Counted from the stretch's first letter, positions 14,449-27,751 are shown. The stretch: 64,000 bases of DNA from Lobosporangium transversale (GCF_002105155.1 NW_019028981.1:248001-312000), one strand, 5' to 3'. The notes: a model not told the origin generated them from the sequence alone. Numbers and translations are program-made.

Positions 14449-15424
14449 GGCCAAGGTGAATTCGGCTCAAAGTACGGCAACAAATGTGAAATAGTATACA
14501 CTTAAGGAGAGTGATGGCTAAATTGGGAGAAAAATGAGAGGCAAATAAAATATTTGGTCTATCTTCTTATGAAGTAAGTGTAGCACTTGACCTGGAAGAA
14601 GCCCGCCACAATGAAGCTAGTTTTCCTCAGGGACACAGATATTGATAAAATAGGGCCTTGGGTACCACATTCTTGAGTTTTAACGGATTATCCAAAACCT
14701 AGGTCATCTCCATTCTAGGACCGCCACTGCTCCAGCGCCTGGACGTACTATAACCAGCCCAAACAACGATACACTTTTTTCTTCTATATTTTATTGGCTG
14801 CGCTCCAGATATCTGCTTTTTAGAGAACGTAGTAGACAAGGGTGCAAAATCAACTTGCTTTTCTTATTCACTAACGTTATGAAGATAGGCATCTAGAAGA
14901 TTTCATCTTCTACGGAATTAATACACACTCAGCACCAGCCGGTAGCGATGCTCCTGTACTCTTCCAGGTGAGAGGTAGGCCATACAAAAAAAGAATATAA
15001 TTGATCGAGAGGCATCGCTATTAGTCCATACTAGTGCCCAACACCTATCGTTCTGGGACATCATATCTGAAGGAACCCAGGGATAACAACTCTCTCGGGC
15101 AGATAGGTTCCAGTTGCTACATACACACTTGATTTCTTATTAAATCCTTTCTTATTTCCCTTAACCTCTATCGCTTGCCTAGACAAGAATTGTCCGAGTT
15201 ATTAATGTTCAACTATCTTATTTCCCGTAGATTTTGAAGAAAGTCTTCTCTTTAATATATCAAAAAAAAAAAAAAAAAAACTAATTGTGTATTTTAAGTT
15301 ACGTTATGGCTATTATCAGATTCGAATACCATAATGCCCCTTTTTCAACTCCAAGGAACTGCAGTTGGATAAATTAAGCTGTCATGCAAAAGGAATGCTT
15401 CAAGACTAAAACGACTGAATGCTA

Positions 15425-17617
15425 CTACCATACGACTTGAGATATTTGTATGATCACGAATTCGACTTCAGGCCGAATCGCTTGTGCTCCCAAGACTACA
15501 CTATGATAATTATTAAACAAAGGAGAGGAGATATATTGGAGGTGGAATGCTTGTAATTGAGGCCAGAATGTCTCGCTGTTACCAATCTGTTGTCGTCTCA
15601 AGAACTCAAAATCTGAGTAGTTAAGCATCCCTGGAATGGTCAGGGTCTTCATCTTCAATATTTCCAGCGAAAATAAACACCGTAGTGACAAGAGTAGGTT
15701 CTCGAACCGCCGACACTCCAAGGCCGTCTTTGCAGCAAAGTAGTGTCGGTCTCTGTAATCTTGGCCTTTACTATTGGCATCCGCTTCTTTAACTTTCTTT
15801 TCAAGCTCTTTGTATGTATGCGGAAACTCCATGAGCTGACCCATGTACAAGTTATCGAAGCTGAGCCGGAGATTTGTCAAGTTCAGGAAGAGGTCATTCC
15901 GATTGATGTAGTCCACGAACGGCTTAAGCCCATGGTTAGTGGCTATCCCAAGCTCACAAGAACGAAGTTTACGGCACGCCCAAATTTTGTTTGAATCCCC
16001 TTGGTCACTTGATGACGGAAGAACCGGATACCTTTGCCCAGGAACTGGAGGATCAGGCGCAGAAGGGACATAGAGATAAGACGGTTGGAACTTGCTGTTG
16101 GGCGCAATTAAGTGTAAGAGACGAGGTGTGAAACACAAGATTTGGTTTATGAGGCACGAGGAATGATAACCATTAGACCGAATGAAATTGAGGACCGTGA
16201 TATTGCAGAGTAAGGGCGCATAGGTCGGTATAGTATAGTTGTTGCTATAGCCGGCCGACAGTGACAGGAACTTGGTGTCTGGAAAGTGTGTATAAATTCG
16301 CTGAAGGTGCTCCCGGGCTTCGACATTAGCTGATCCTTTAATGGCGCCGTACCACTCCAGCTGTGGACACATTTCCTTGATGTGATTGATAAGGCGAACA
16401 TGGTCATAATCGAAGGGCCTTGTTTGATCCGACTGATAAATCGGATTATCCTCTGCAGCCTTGAGGATTTTGAGCTCCGGACATGTGCTGACAATGCGCT
16501 CCAAAACACGCTGTCCAACCACGCATCTTTCAACATCAAACACACGAAGGGCATATCTCTTCGAGTATCTCTTTGGGGGGGGAACAATCTTGGGTTCGCG
16601 AGGAAAGTGAGCTGTCTCTGAGTTGAAAGGAGGTGGGGATGGAATATCTGGGAGAAGGTCTTCTTTGTCGCCAGCGCTGATCAAGCCGTAGCGGAGCGGA
16701 CTATTGACGATGAACTCCAATAGCCTTGGTGCATTGTCCAAAATCTGAAACAGTCTGATATTGTATGGTCCAGTTTGGATTTGGAAAGAAATCGTCCTCA
16801 AGAACTGGAAGTGACTTTGTAGACGACCCACAATGGAATCATATCGGATGTAATGGCCATTTATGGAAAGGTGATCGATATAATGAAAAAGACATGTGGG
16901 TGTCTTTTTCTTGACTAGTTGATCCTTGCACTTCGATAAGATATTGTTGCTGTCATACTGAGTTTCTATATCCGAGCATTTTTGTTTAGGGAGTGGTGCA
17001 AGGATAGCATTAAGAAACTCTTCCCATTGACTGTAAGTCGTGCTTCTCTCGACCAAGGCGCTGTTGGCGAATGTAGGTACTCCTGGTTCTGCTTCGAACC
17101 AACATTCCAATGATTTGACTGTTTTCATCTCTTCAAGGAGTCGATCTCGAAACATAGGCCGTAATGGGGTCCACACAGCTACGCGATGGATATAGTCTGC
17201 GCTGGCTCGGTTCCAGCTCTTACAAACCAGACTTACAGAATGACGGAGTGTTGGCTGACTGAGGTGTGAGCAGATAAGCCTAAGAATCTCGTGAGAGAAG
17301 ATCAGTGGCCGAGGATTATCGATAAGAGGTAAGGTAACCTTGCTAAGAGGTGGCCCTTTTATAGAAGGCTTAGAACGGTTCTTTTTGGAGGAGCGTCTTG
17401 GTCGCGCCTTGCGGGTAGGAGCAGGAGAAAGACTGAAATCGTCGTAGTTATCATATTTATCGTGATCATAGTCGTCACAACTACTGTTGCCGTAATAGCT
17501 GTTACTAGAGTCGAAAGGCTCTTGGAGGTCGATGTTCTCCAGTTCCGCAAGGTGGAATGCCGCGGCCAGATCCTCGTCAAAAGCAGCAGTAGCGGATGTA
17601 GATGCAGATGCAGACAT
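15425..17617 (-). CDS. F-box protein with RNI-like degenerate LRR region, 730 aa, intronless
   Basis: Open 730-aa ORF with F-box motif PLIFSHEILRLICSHLSQPTLRHSVSLVCKSWNRA, followed by CPELKIL/LTNLRL-type repeats and a WACRKL motif. Confidence 0.85.
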   Translation of the reverse strand: MSASASTSATAAFDEDLAAAFHLAELENIDLQEPFDSSNSYYGNSSCDDYDHDKYDNYDDFSLSPAPTRKARPRRSSKKNRSKPSIKGPPLSKVTLPLIDNPRPLIFSHEILRLICSHLSQPTLRHSVSLVCKSWNRASADYIHRVAVWTPLRPMFRDRLLEEMKTVKSLECWFEAEPGVPTFANSALVERSTTYSQWEEFLNAILAPLPKQKCSDIETQYDSNNILSKCKDQLVKKKTPTCLFHYIDHLSINGHYIRYDSIVGRLQSHFQFLRTISFQIQTGPYNIRLFQILDNAPRLLEFIVNSPLRYGLISAGDKEDLLPDIPSPPPFNSETAHFPREPKIVPPPKRYSKRYALRVFDVERCVVGQRVLERIVSTCPELKILKAAEDNPIYQSDQTRPFDYDHVRLINHIKEMCPQLEWYGAIKGSANVEAREHLQRIYTHFPDTKFLSLSAGYSNNYTIPTYAPLLCNITVLNFIRSNGYHSSCLINQILCFTPRLLHLIAPNSKFQPSYLYVPSAPDPPVPGQRYPVLPSSSDQGDSNKIWACRKLRSCELGIATNHGLKPFVDYINRNDLFLNLTNLRLSFDNLYMGQLMEFPHTYKELEKKVKEADANSKGQDYRDRHYFAAKTALECRRFENLLLSLRCLFSLEILKMKTLTIPGMLNYSDFEFLRRQQIGNSETFWPQLQAFHLQYISSPLFNNYHSVVLGAQAIRPEVEFVIIQISQVVW

Positions 17618-18327
17618 TATTATTTGACGAAATGAAAGGCGGTGGGTACTATGTGAAGAGGAGCTGTGAAGGGGAATACAGTGATGTCTTGTAATAAGAC
17701 AGGGTTGAGAGGATGAGAGAGGATTTCTACCCGTTTAAATAGTAAGGAAAAAGTAATTCTGGTGCTCAATTAAGATTCATACACTCAAGCCGCAGCAATA
17801 AACAGTAAATGGGCCGCAGCAACATCTCTAAGCAAAACGCTCAGGGCTTAGAATCGAGAAGCGGTTAAAAGCCAAATTTTTTGACACAAGCCAAGGCCTT
17901 TGAATAAGGTGGCGTCTTAGCTTTATCGGCATTGCTTCCCATCATGATGCCTTTGGGTCCTCACAGTTTGTTTACATCAAGTGGAGAGAAGCTCTCAAAT
18001 ATATCGATCGGAAAGATTTTATTCGAGCTATTTCCAAATATGTGGTATCGATGCGAGTCTTCTCGCTAATTGCGTTGCATAGGGAGAAACCCATTTTGTA
18101 ATATAAAAGTGTTCGTAGCGCCAGCTACTAACTTAAGGGAACGTGTGAGAGTTAATGTAAACCAGGTTATAGCAGCTATCAGGCTTAAATACTATAGTGT
18201 CCCCTTTTTCAGTTCCAAGAGGCTTCAACTCAATAAATTAAGCAATGCTTCTGAAGATCAAAGCGATTGAACACTATCCTTTTGCTTATTTAATAATTGT
18301 AAATCATACGATGCGAGGCGTCTGCTT

Positions 18328-18610
18328 GATCATGAATTCGACTCAGGCCGGACCTGCTTGTGCTTCCAAGGCTACACTATGATAATTACTAAACAGAGAC
18401 GAGGAGTAATATTGGGAGTGGAATGCTTGTAACTTCTATATAAGACTGAGTCTCAGGACTTTGATCACTGCTTCCCTGACTCTGTTTTTTGTTGCTTTCT
18501 TTATACTCATTCTGACCGCTGTTGACTCTACTATTACCAGTCTGCCGCCTTCTCAAGAGATCAAAGTATGAGCAGTTAGGCAACCCTGGAATGACCAAGA
18601 CTTACATCTT
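18328..18610 (-). pseudogene. Degenerate C-terminal fragment of the same F-box family
   Basis: Nucleotide similarity to ~15452-15660 (gaattcgactcaggcc, ctacactatgataatta, gtggaatgcttgtaa, ccctggaatg), with indels. Confidence 0.8.
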
Positions 18611-19262
18611 GTAAACACACTTCTTACCCCTTTTAAGACCCTTATTCAAAAATAAGGTTTTAATGTTATATTTTTTCATTATTTTTTGTTCTCCTCTCTT
18701 CTCTTCCTTCCAGCAATCACACTTTTGCTTGAGGCTGTAACTCCTTGATATGAAGCGTGAAGGATTCCATGGAGGCTTAAAGCATAGTTGCCGGATGTGA
18801 GTAGAATGCAAAATTTAGAAAAAAAATTGGTAATGTTGGAGAGTTTGTTGTTGAGGTTGAGCATACTGGTTCAATGTCGCACAAAAGGATGCACATGCCA
18901 GACTTCAAGAAGTTTGCATAAAAAATGACGCATTGTGTCGATCCTCTCCTTTTTATTTTTCCATATCTGTAGTGGCCAATTGAACCACAATCCATTTATG
19001 CCCGATATTCATCGATATGAATAAATGAAGAGATGAAGACAGGAATTGGTGAATAGATGAACAGAGCAAGGAAAGGCATACATTTTTAAAGGTAAATCTT
19101 TTTTTTTATGTCAGAAATAAATATTCTTTTTTTTTGTGTGACCATCGCTCCCTTACGCGTCATTCTTTTTTTTTGAAATCTTGTTTGTTTTATTCTTTTT
19201 GATTCCATTCTTTCGTTCAGTCTCAAAAAAAAAAAAAAAAAAAAAGAAACCCCGAATGAACA

Positions 19263-21747
19263 ATGTCGAACGGAGACAAAAACTCGAACACAGTCAGCAA
19301 TAACAGGAATGTCAATGGACATGTGCAGGATGTATCCACTCCAATGCATGGACATGAGCCAACGAGCCCAAATGCAACCTCGATCACTCACATGTCAGTA
19401 CCACTATTATTGTCACTACCACCAGACTTTGCTTCTCCAATCACCACTACCTCCACCACCGCCTCTATTACGACTTCGACTGCAACAACTGTTTCAAATA
19501 TGACTTCGATATCAACCAGTACCGCTGCTACAACAACACCCATAGCCTCTAGTTGTGTCGTAAGTCAAAAAACGATCGAAGTTCTGGGTGACTGGCTACT
19601 CGAGTCCGTCTCTGTACAACCATTACTCGGTAGCCAAGAGCAACGGCGCAAACAAAGCTTCAAGTCGAATTCACTCATCAATAAAACGATGAAACAATCG
19701 CAGGAAGAGCGACGTAAGCAAGCGCTTGCTGAGCAAGCCAAGGTAAAACAAAAGAAATTAACAAACATAGCGGTACATGTGTTATATATGAGCATATCGA
19801 TGGACGCATTAGTGTGTATGTGCTTATGTGGGCTTTTTTTTGTTTTTTATTTTTATTCAGAATATTGGCGGGAACCATTGTAGTCTTCATTTATTAGATT
19901 ACGCAAGACAGTTAGACTCTGAACTTACGTGTACCAAAATACTGCGGAGAAAATTAATCTGTTGAAAATGTTTTTCTATAAAATTAGAAACGATACCAAT
20001 TTACCAATCATGCACGGAAACTCGCACTCTTTGCCAGTGGACAACCGTCAGATGGCTCATCAAGTTCAGAGGATGATGACAGTCGGGATGATAATGATGA
20101 TGAAGATGACGAAGACGAAGATCAGGAAGATGATGATGTAGATGATGATGAAAGACATGAGAAGAGGAAAAAAAACCGCTTAAGCAAACATCTCTCTGTC
20201 AACAAGGAAAATAATGAACAGGAAGAATCGCGGATACTTCCTCAACTTAAGGCAACAACAGCTCATAAGCGACGATTAAGCTTTGGATCGGAATCAGAAA
20301 CTGCTGCAGGCCGTAAGACGGACAATGTTGATGTTCTTTCTCCAAAAAAGCCTAGATTGCAAAAGAAGAGTGGCTCAAAAGCCCACAGGAAGAAGAAGAG
20401 AGAGAGAAACCCATTCAAGTAACGATTCTGTGTTTGTCTTTTCTTACGTTTATATCTCTACAAACGTATATGCTAATCATCAATGGCGCAGATAATAACA
20501 AGACCTATTTTTGTCCCACTTTCATTTGGACAATTAGAGATCAGCTCATGATTCCAGAGACGATGTCGGATATTCCTGTTGATCTTGATACCAACTATTA
20601 TATTGTTCCATTACCAGTTGGCCACCGATGCTTTGTCATTTCAGCTGACGGCAAGACTACAGCTAGATTACCATCAGGACAGCTTTTAGCATCACCATTC
20701 GAATCGTGTCTACCCGCGGGATCAAATCAGTACCGAGGCAACAGACGATCTGATTATTGTATCTTGGATTGTGTCTATTCTCCTATCACAAGGACATTCT
20801 GGACATTTGACATTATGTGCTGGAGAGGACATCCTGTGTATGATTGTGAGACAGAGTTCAGGTTCTGGTGGCTCAGAGGCAAATTGGCTGAAATTGAGGA
20901 GTTGCAGGGAAAATGGATCGCAAATCAAATCAAAGAGAGGGATACGGAGGCAATAAAGAGGAAGGAGAAACAAGCTCGAAGGACAAAGAAGCGTCAAGAA
21001 AATGCTGGACACCCAAAGCCTTCGAATGTTGCTCTTGAGGAAGTGGGTGAGGAAGGCGGCGAAGACGCTGGCTCAGAAGATATGGATATCGAAGCTGGAT
21101 CGCGGATAAATGGATCAACAAATTTGTCAGGCTCAGGGAAGTTTTGGCCGATCGTTTTCACTCCATTGCCGTACTTTAATGCTTCAATTAATCTAATCAG
21201 ATTACTGGCAGAGTCGATGTATCAACCCTCACCATCACCACCATCAATAGGGTCTCCATGTACTGCAGCATCAGCCTTACTTTCGGTACCCCATAACTTG
21301 TCATTGTCATCGAGAAACACATCTGCATCAGCAGCTCCATTTGATCTTACGTCTACTAGCCCTATCAGCACACAAAGTCATGGAAGTAATGGTAATCAAA
21401 ACGAAAGCCATCAAAATGGGGCTATAGTTCCCGTTAGTCCCTTAGGCACTATGGCTCTTTCGGGTGAGATTGCGACAGCGGCTTCCTTGTTCCCAGCACA
21501 TGATATCACGCAAAAGACACGTCAGGGAAATACGCTTGCCTATGAACGTGCTGCGGGGCTTGTCTTTTTTAATAAGAAGACTATGTATGTTCTGGGAACA
21601 ACACCGCTTTGTGGATGGGTGGCAATGGAGCAGATTGGGGATGTGTTCTTTGATGAGGAAGGCGGTGTCGGTCCAGTCCCTGGAACCAGCGCGGTCGAGG
21701 GTAGGGAGATTGAAATGGAGGATGCCCTTCAACGAATCCGTATTTAA
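19263..21747 (+). CDS. SNUPN: Snurportin-1 (m3G-cap snRNP import adaptor)
   Basis: IBB-like SQEERRKQAL...HARKLA segment. Cap-binding domain QLMIPE...IPVDLDTNYYIVPLPVGHRCFVIS...YCILDCVY...DIMCWRGHPVYDCETEFRFWWL and C-terminal YVLGTTPLCGW. Confidence 0.9.
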
Positions 21748-21750
21748 GTA

Positions 21751-21781
<31 letters not shown>

Positions 21782-21990
21782 GCAGAAGCCTTAAACTATA
21801 AAAAAGCAAGATAGCTAGCTATCTATATACATATTCATATATCCCTTCTAATCGTATACTATCAAAAGAGTGCGGCAGAAATATAACCGCAGTAATTACG
21901 TCTTAAGAAATGAAGCTTCTTTATTTTGTAATGATTATGGTTATAGTATACACAGAAATCTTGCTTTAGCTCAGATATTCTTTTGCTTTT

Positions 21991-24674
21991 TCACAAGTCA
22001 TCAACTGTCAAAACGCTAGAACTGCTCAACACGATAGTTGCAGGCCTTCCTTTCGTTATTGGTATCGTCGAAGCAGCCGTAGAGTTATTGGTCATGGTGG
22101 ATGTAATCACTGGCAAAGGCCCAAATGCCATCCGTCTCTGCTGCAATTCTGCTGTCGAAAATTTAAAGGGTACAGGCTTTGTAACAGGTCGACGCAATTT
22201 TGGTTTAGGGATAAATGATCTTGGCCTGTCCTTTGTTGTCACCACCGCTTCCCTTGATGCAGTAGATGTCCCTATGGGCTTTGTTATCGCTGTAGCTGCA
22301 ATAGCTGCAACCTTGGTGGAGGTAGCATCCTCTGTACGTAGAGGCGGTCCTTTGATCGTCCCTAGTTTCATTCCAGCACGAGTTTGGCCTACAGTTGGTA
22401 CCGTTAAAGGGCCAAACTTTATAGCCGCAGTTGAAATGGTAGACTGCCCATCTCGGTGAATCCCTACTTCGATGCATTCGTATCCAGTTTGAGATTGGGA
22501 TTGGTGTGGGGGTTGATGGTGGGAGGCAGCATTCGAGCTGGCGGTAGTTGTGGTCGACATTTTCCCAGTTCCTGTGTATGGATTAGTCAACTTTTTCAGT
22601 TTCGTTGCAGCCGCACTGTTCATGACCGATGCCTTAGTTATTTTATTTTCTGTTACCACGTTTCGGACTCTTCGTTTGCTGAATTTTGGTGATCTGGAAA
22701 CTGTTAGGGGTTTTTTAGGGATACGAGGCACACCTAAATCCCCCGCACTTGTAAACACCTTAGGGTTCAGGGGCCTTGCTTTGAAGGAAGGTAAGCGGCG
22801 TGATCGGAGAACATCACGCTCATGAGAAGAAGGCACTTTATAGGGCGAGAGGCGATGTTTTGGGCTGGTAGGTGGCGAGAGTGATGCAATAAGGTTTGGC
22901 ATCTGATACTTAGTCCGTCCAGAGTCCTACGAATGAGCCGAAGTCCACAAAATAAAAGTTAATAATGTTGGTGCTACTGCCAGTTTAAAAGAGAAGAAGA
23001 AGAAAATAATAATAAAAGTAATAATAAAAGCCATGCAGAGGACGTATTTACCATCCACAATGCTGACCGAAGATCAAATGGAGCGGTCTTTTTACTATCG
23101 GATAAAGTGGTCGCTCTAGTCTCTTCGAGTTCCATATCCATTGTCAATGGCTTTAGTAGGTCAGATTCATTTGGGTCTGCCCTGGGTTGCACGCAGGTGG
23201 ATCCGGCGTTCAAGGTGATAGGATGGGGTTGTGCAATAATATCACTGAGAGTAGACGTGGATGACGTTGCATTAATGGATTTATCACTTGTTCTAGCCTT
23301 TGATGGTATCCTGGGTTCCGACGACCCTGAAAAATCAAGAACGCTATTATGAGAGTATGTCCCTGTCGGTGATGAAAAATGAGTTGCTTCTGCCGCCGTA
23401 GCCTCCACTAATCCTGGCATTGATACTGACGTTAGCGTTGCTGACACAGAGGACTGAACCGATGAAGAAGCGTTGATGCATCTGGACGTTGATGGCTTCA
23501 ACATTGGTTTGAAAATAAATGTCCTTGTTGAAGTAATTGCAGCATCTTTTGGCTGACCTTTGCGTTTCATCAATCTCGCATTCTCTCCTATTGAGTGGGA
23601 GGTAACTGAGCTTGGAGTGTTGCTAATGTTAGAGGCTGTTGTCACGGCTTTATAGTTACTAAGCTTGTAAAAGATGGATTTTGGTGAGGATGATGCGTGT
23701 TGCATGATAGATTTTCGTGCAAAAGCCAGGATAGTTGGACTGACGGGAAACACCTCTTCAGCATCCCCCACTTTTATTTCCGTCCGCTCCACCTCTTCGC
23801 CCTCGGTCTCCAGATTCTGATCATGTTCTTGTTCTTGTTCTTGTTTCTGTCCAAGTTCCAGGCTTTGTTCCTGTTCCAGTTCCAGTCTCTGTTCCTGTTC
23901 TTGTCTCTGTCTCTGTTCCTGTTCCTGTTCCTGTTCCTGCCCCTGTTCCTGTCCCTGCTCATAAATTTCGTGTTGTCCTCCTTCCTCGAATTCATTTCGG
24001 ATCTCTGCTTCCAATAATTGGCCAAGCCCCATACTTGTACTCATCCCTTGCATGATAAAGTCGTAGTACTCACGACCAGGTGGTACTTTTGGTGTTGTTC
24101 TAGTATTTGGCTCTTGTTCCCTATGAATAATAGCTCCTATATTGCTTTCTTTTTCGGCAGTCGAAAACAATGGTAAAAGTTGTGCCTGGTGCACTTCATT
24201 TGGAGCAGGTGCTGATTGTGTTGCATCTTGAGTGAAAGATTGTCCCGGAATTGACAGTAATGACTCCGTGGTAGACGCGGTATGGGTAGGAATATAATTG
24301 ACGCTATTGATATTATTAGAAGGCAAAACCCTCGTCAAAACCAAGCGCCGAGGCTTGGTTGAAGCGGTTGTGCCACCGCGCGTCGGGAACAGGGTACTGC
24401 CGCGATTCATGGATGCAGATGAGAATGAACATTCGTTGTCCTTGTCATGGTTGTGTTTGAATAACTTGCGCGCTGGTCGCTCTAGAAATGGATTGTCATC
24501 ATGAATGTTTCCCATCCTTAGTGGGACTGGCTGAAGAGGCCGGTTGAAGAGACAGTAAGTAGCTACAATGACTTAAGCAATGGAACCGGTGCTGTTAAAT
24601 TATAGACGCTAACTGATTTCTGATGTAGTTGTTGAAAGTGAGCCACTATTCTCCTGATCCCTTAATTGGTACAT
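21991..24674 (-). CDS. TPX2: TPX2-like microtubule-associated protein; start codon uncertain
   Basis: TPX2 importin-binding-type motif FKARPLNPKVFTSAGDLGVPRIPKKPLTVSRSPKF and a second TKPVPFKFST repeat. Mostly low-complexity protein. Plausible first exon from ATG 24674 with GT-AG introns. Confidence 0.65.
23825..23960. repeat. Coding hexamer minisatellite (GAACAG-type) encoding a Q/E run
   Basis: Tandem ctgttc/cttgtt units on the + strand; translates as EQGQEQEQEQ... within the TPX2-like ORF. Confidence 0.8.
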
Positions 24675-25059
24675 GTTATGCCACGTGCAGAAAACTCTGC
24701 ACAAGAACTCGTTGCCTGGTGTGGATGCATATTTCAAACGTCCATTCCTCAGTGCATTTAGCATGCTTCCTGGAGCCTAATAGAATTTGAGTGTTTCCTA
24801 AAAAATGAAGAGCTCATCGCCATGGAAGACGGAGCTGCTATGCTTCCAATAGCTCCTTTGGTTTGTTTGATAGAGATATGAAGGCAGATGTGGACAATCT
24901 CAATGGCTACTTTCTATCTCGTGAGCAGCGTATAACAGCGCTCGCACTCTAGAACTGTTTTTTCGTGCTACAACTTACAGCTTTCTGGCGATAGACTGTA
25001 TGTAATTTATATCTATTGTCGAAATGAGATAGTAAAAATGAAGCGGTATTGTAATTTAT

Positions 25060-25392
25060 TTATTTCTTCTTGGCTGTAGGTTCTTTAAATATACGCTTTA
25101 GCCAAAGGGGATCAACATGCTTCCAGGCTTGGATCATCGCCAAATCTTTCTCTGCATCATGGATCAATTGTTGGATCTTTTCAAGATCACGGTCTTTCTG
25201 GTAGATAGAGATCCCTTCCCGGATGTTATATTGAATTTTGTTCCGGAGGTGGGAAAGTGGATCTCTTTGTATCTCCACCATAGACGTCTTCTTTTTTTCC
25301 ACTGATCGTTGTGTGGCAAGACGAGTGACACGCAAAGCTTTGCGATAGAAGTGAAGTGTAGGCAGGTGTGGTATGACCGAGATACGTGTCAT
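25060..25392 (-). CDS. LYR-motif (Complex1_LYR) mitochondrial protein
   Basis: TLHFYRKALR motif followed by IREGISIYQKDRDLEKIQQLI, typical of LYRM proteins; 110 aa. Confidence 0.75.
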   Translation of the reverse strand: MTRISVIPHLPTLHFYRKALRVTRLATQRSVEKKKTSMVEIQRDPLSHLRNKIQYNIREGISIYQKDRDLEKIQQLIHDAEKDLAMIQAWKHVDPLWLKRIFKEPTAKKK

Positions 25393-25622
25393 ATCTCACG
25401 CTCGCCGCCGTCTTTTTCTAGTTCGTTGTGTGTGTGCCCTGGTTTAATAAAAGTGCATTTGTGAAGTGAACATTTGTAAATTGGGTTAATGGATTTAGCG
25501 AAGCAAACTGCGCCACATATATGACGTACTCAAGCCCGTGATCTTGTGCGCGACAGCCATCGACCTATAAAAACGTGGAACATCCCATTCTTGCATGCAC
25601 TCCTCTGACATCTGCGGACATT

Positions 25623-27051
25623 ATGGGAACCTACGGCGGAGGTATTAATATATAATAACAGGATCGGCATCACCTCCCTATTTCTTTTACGATTCAGTTC
25701 CTTTTTTTTTTATTTTTTTTATCCCTCTTAAAATAAGGATCGAGTCCCAACCGCTAATCCATAAACAACCCATTTTTTCGATCGTCCAAACTTAATAAAA
25801 ATAATAATATAGACGAAGTCGCAGCTCTTGTGCTGTCAGTTGGCCACACATGGACACAGGCTGGATATGCAGGAGAGGATACACCAAAGTCTATTTTCCC
25901 AACCTCGGTTGGCTGGGTCGATTTACCACCTGAGGCTGATAAGGGTGATGATGCTGACAACTCGGAAGATACAACTATGCAGGATGTTTCATCACAACAT
26001 GTAGGAGACGGAGAAAATGGCGGCTCCAACAGTAATAATATCCATAATAAGGATGCTGATGGTGGAGATGTAGCCCCACAACCTGTAGGTGTAGGTGCTG
26101 CATCGACAAAAAAGAAAAAAACTCTACGTGGTAAATACTATGTTGGCGATGGAGAGATCAGTTGCTGGAGGCCTAATATGGAAATCAAGTCACCCATCAA
26201 GGACGGACTCGGTATGAGGGATACTCCTTTTTTCTTTTTTTTTTTTTCGTCGGATCTATGGTTAAAAAAAAAGGGGGGCAATCGTCTGATCTTCGACTTT
26301 TTTCTCTTGCTTTGTCATATTAAATTCACCTATCATCATCTAGTTGAGGACTGGGACGCATTAGAGCAGATCTGGGACCATGCATTCTTGAAAAGGCTTC
26401 GTTGTGACCCTACAGAGCATCCATTGATCATAACGGAGTCAGCATGGAACACGCGTGAGATCCGTGAAAAGTTTACAGAGTTAGCCTTTGAAAAGTACAA
26501 CTTTCCAGCGTTTTTTGTTGCAAAGGATGCTGTCATGACTGCGTAAGTAAAACAGAGGACAGAATGAGAGAAGTAATAGATGGGACATCAACCGATGCAT
26601 GGGTGACTAACTCAATGGGTATATCCATGTTACTATTGTGCATGCTTTATATACTTGTATATCTAGGTTCGCTGCTGGACGTCCACATGCGCTTGTTGTA
26701 GACTCTGGTGGAGATATGACGAGCGTTGTGCCAGTGTATGATGGATATGTCCTTCGTAAGGGAATTATGCGTCAGGCTTTGGGAGGCGATGTTCTTTCAG
26801 AGCAGGTCCTGATGCAGTTTGCTGCTAATAATGTGGACGTTGTTCCTCAGTATCTTGTTGCCAAAAAGACACCAGTGGAACCAGGGCAAAAACCCATTGC
26901 TACCTTGAGAGATCGCCCCGCAACTGCCAGTTTCCACAAAATGATGCAGTACCGTGTTGCTCACGACTTTAAGGAGTCCGTTTGCCAAGCGTCTGAGATG
27001 ACTTATAATGAACAGTAATGTCGATGTTGTTTCTTAATAACGAAGTTCAGG

Positions 27052-27082
<31 letters not shown>

Positions 27083-27469
27083 TATGACCAAGTGTATTAT
27101 TGAATATTTACTGAATCATCCATTTACTTCTTAATATTTTAATTCTTCTTGATCTGTACAGAAACATCAATGGAAGGCCCCAAAAGCCATATGAACTTCC
27201 TGACGGATATAATCTCAACTTTGGAGCCGACAGATTCAAGATTCCAGAGATTATGTTCAACCCCAAGGATTTCTTGAAGAACCCAACACCTGAGCAGGAG
27301 AACTTTATTGGTCTACCCAAGCTCATCTATAACAGTGCACAGTCATGCGACATTGATTTCAGGCCTACGCTTTTTGGCAATGTGGTTCTCACTGGCGGCA
27401 ATACCCTCTTCCCTGGATTTGCGGATCGTCTGCATTGGGAGCTCAATAGCATACCTCATTCGGTAAGTG

Positions 27470-27500
<31 letters not shown>

Positions 27501-27751
27501 TTGATAAACTCTCTTTGAGTGTTGTAAATCCTGTTAAGAACCGCTTTTAATATTTTATATCTCAATGCAATTGATTTGAAAAACAGTACAAAGTCAAGTT
27601 GCATGCACCCGGAAATACTGTGGAACGCAAATGCGGAAGCTGGCTTGGTGGTTCTATTATGGCTTCCTTGGGTACGTTCCACCAGCTTTGGATTTCTCGC
27701 AAGGAATATGACGAGACTGGAGCAAGTATTGTCAACAAGAAATGTGTGTAG
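25623..27751 (+). CDS. ARP4: Actin-related protein 4 (BAF53/ACTL6-like)
   Basis: N-terminus [14 protein letters not shown], then [47 protein letters not shown] and [28 protein letters not shown] at 27749-27751. Confidence 0.92.
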
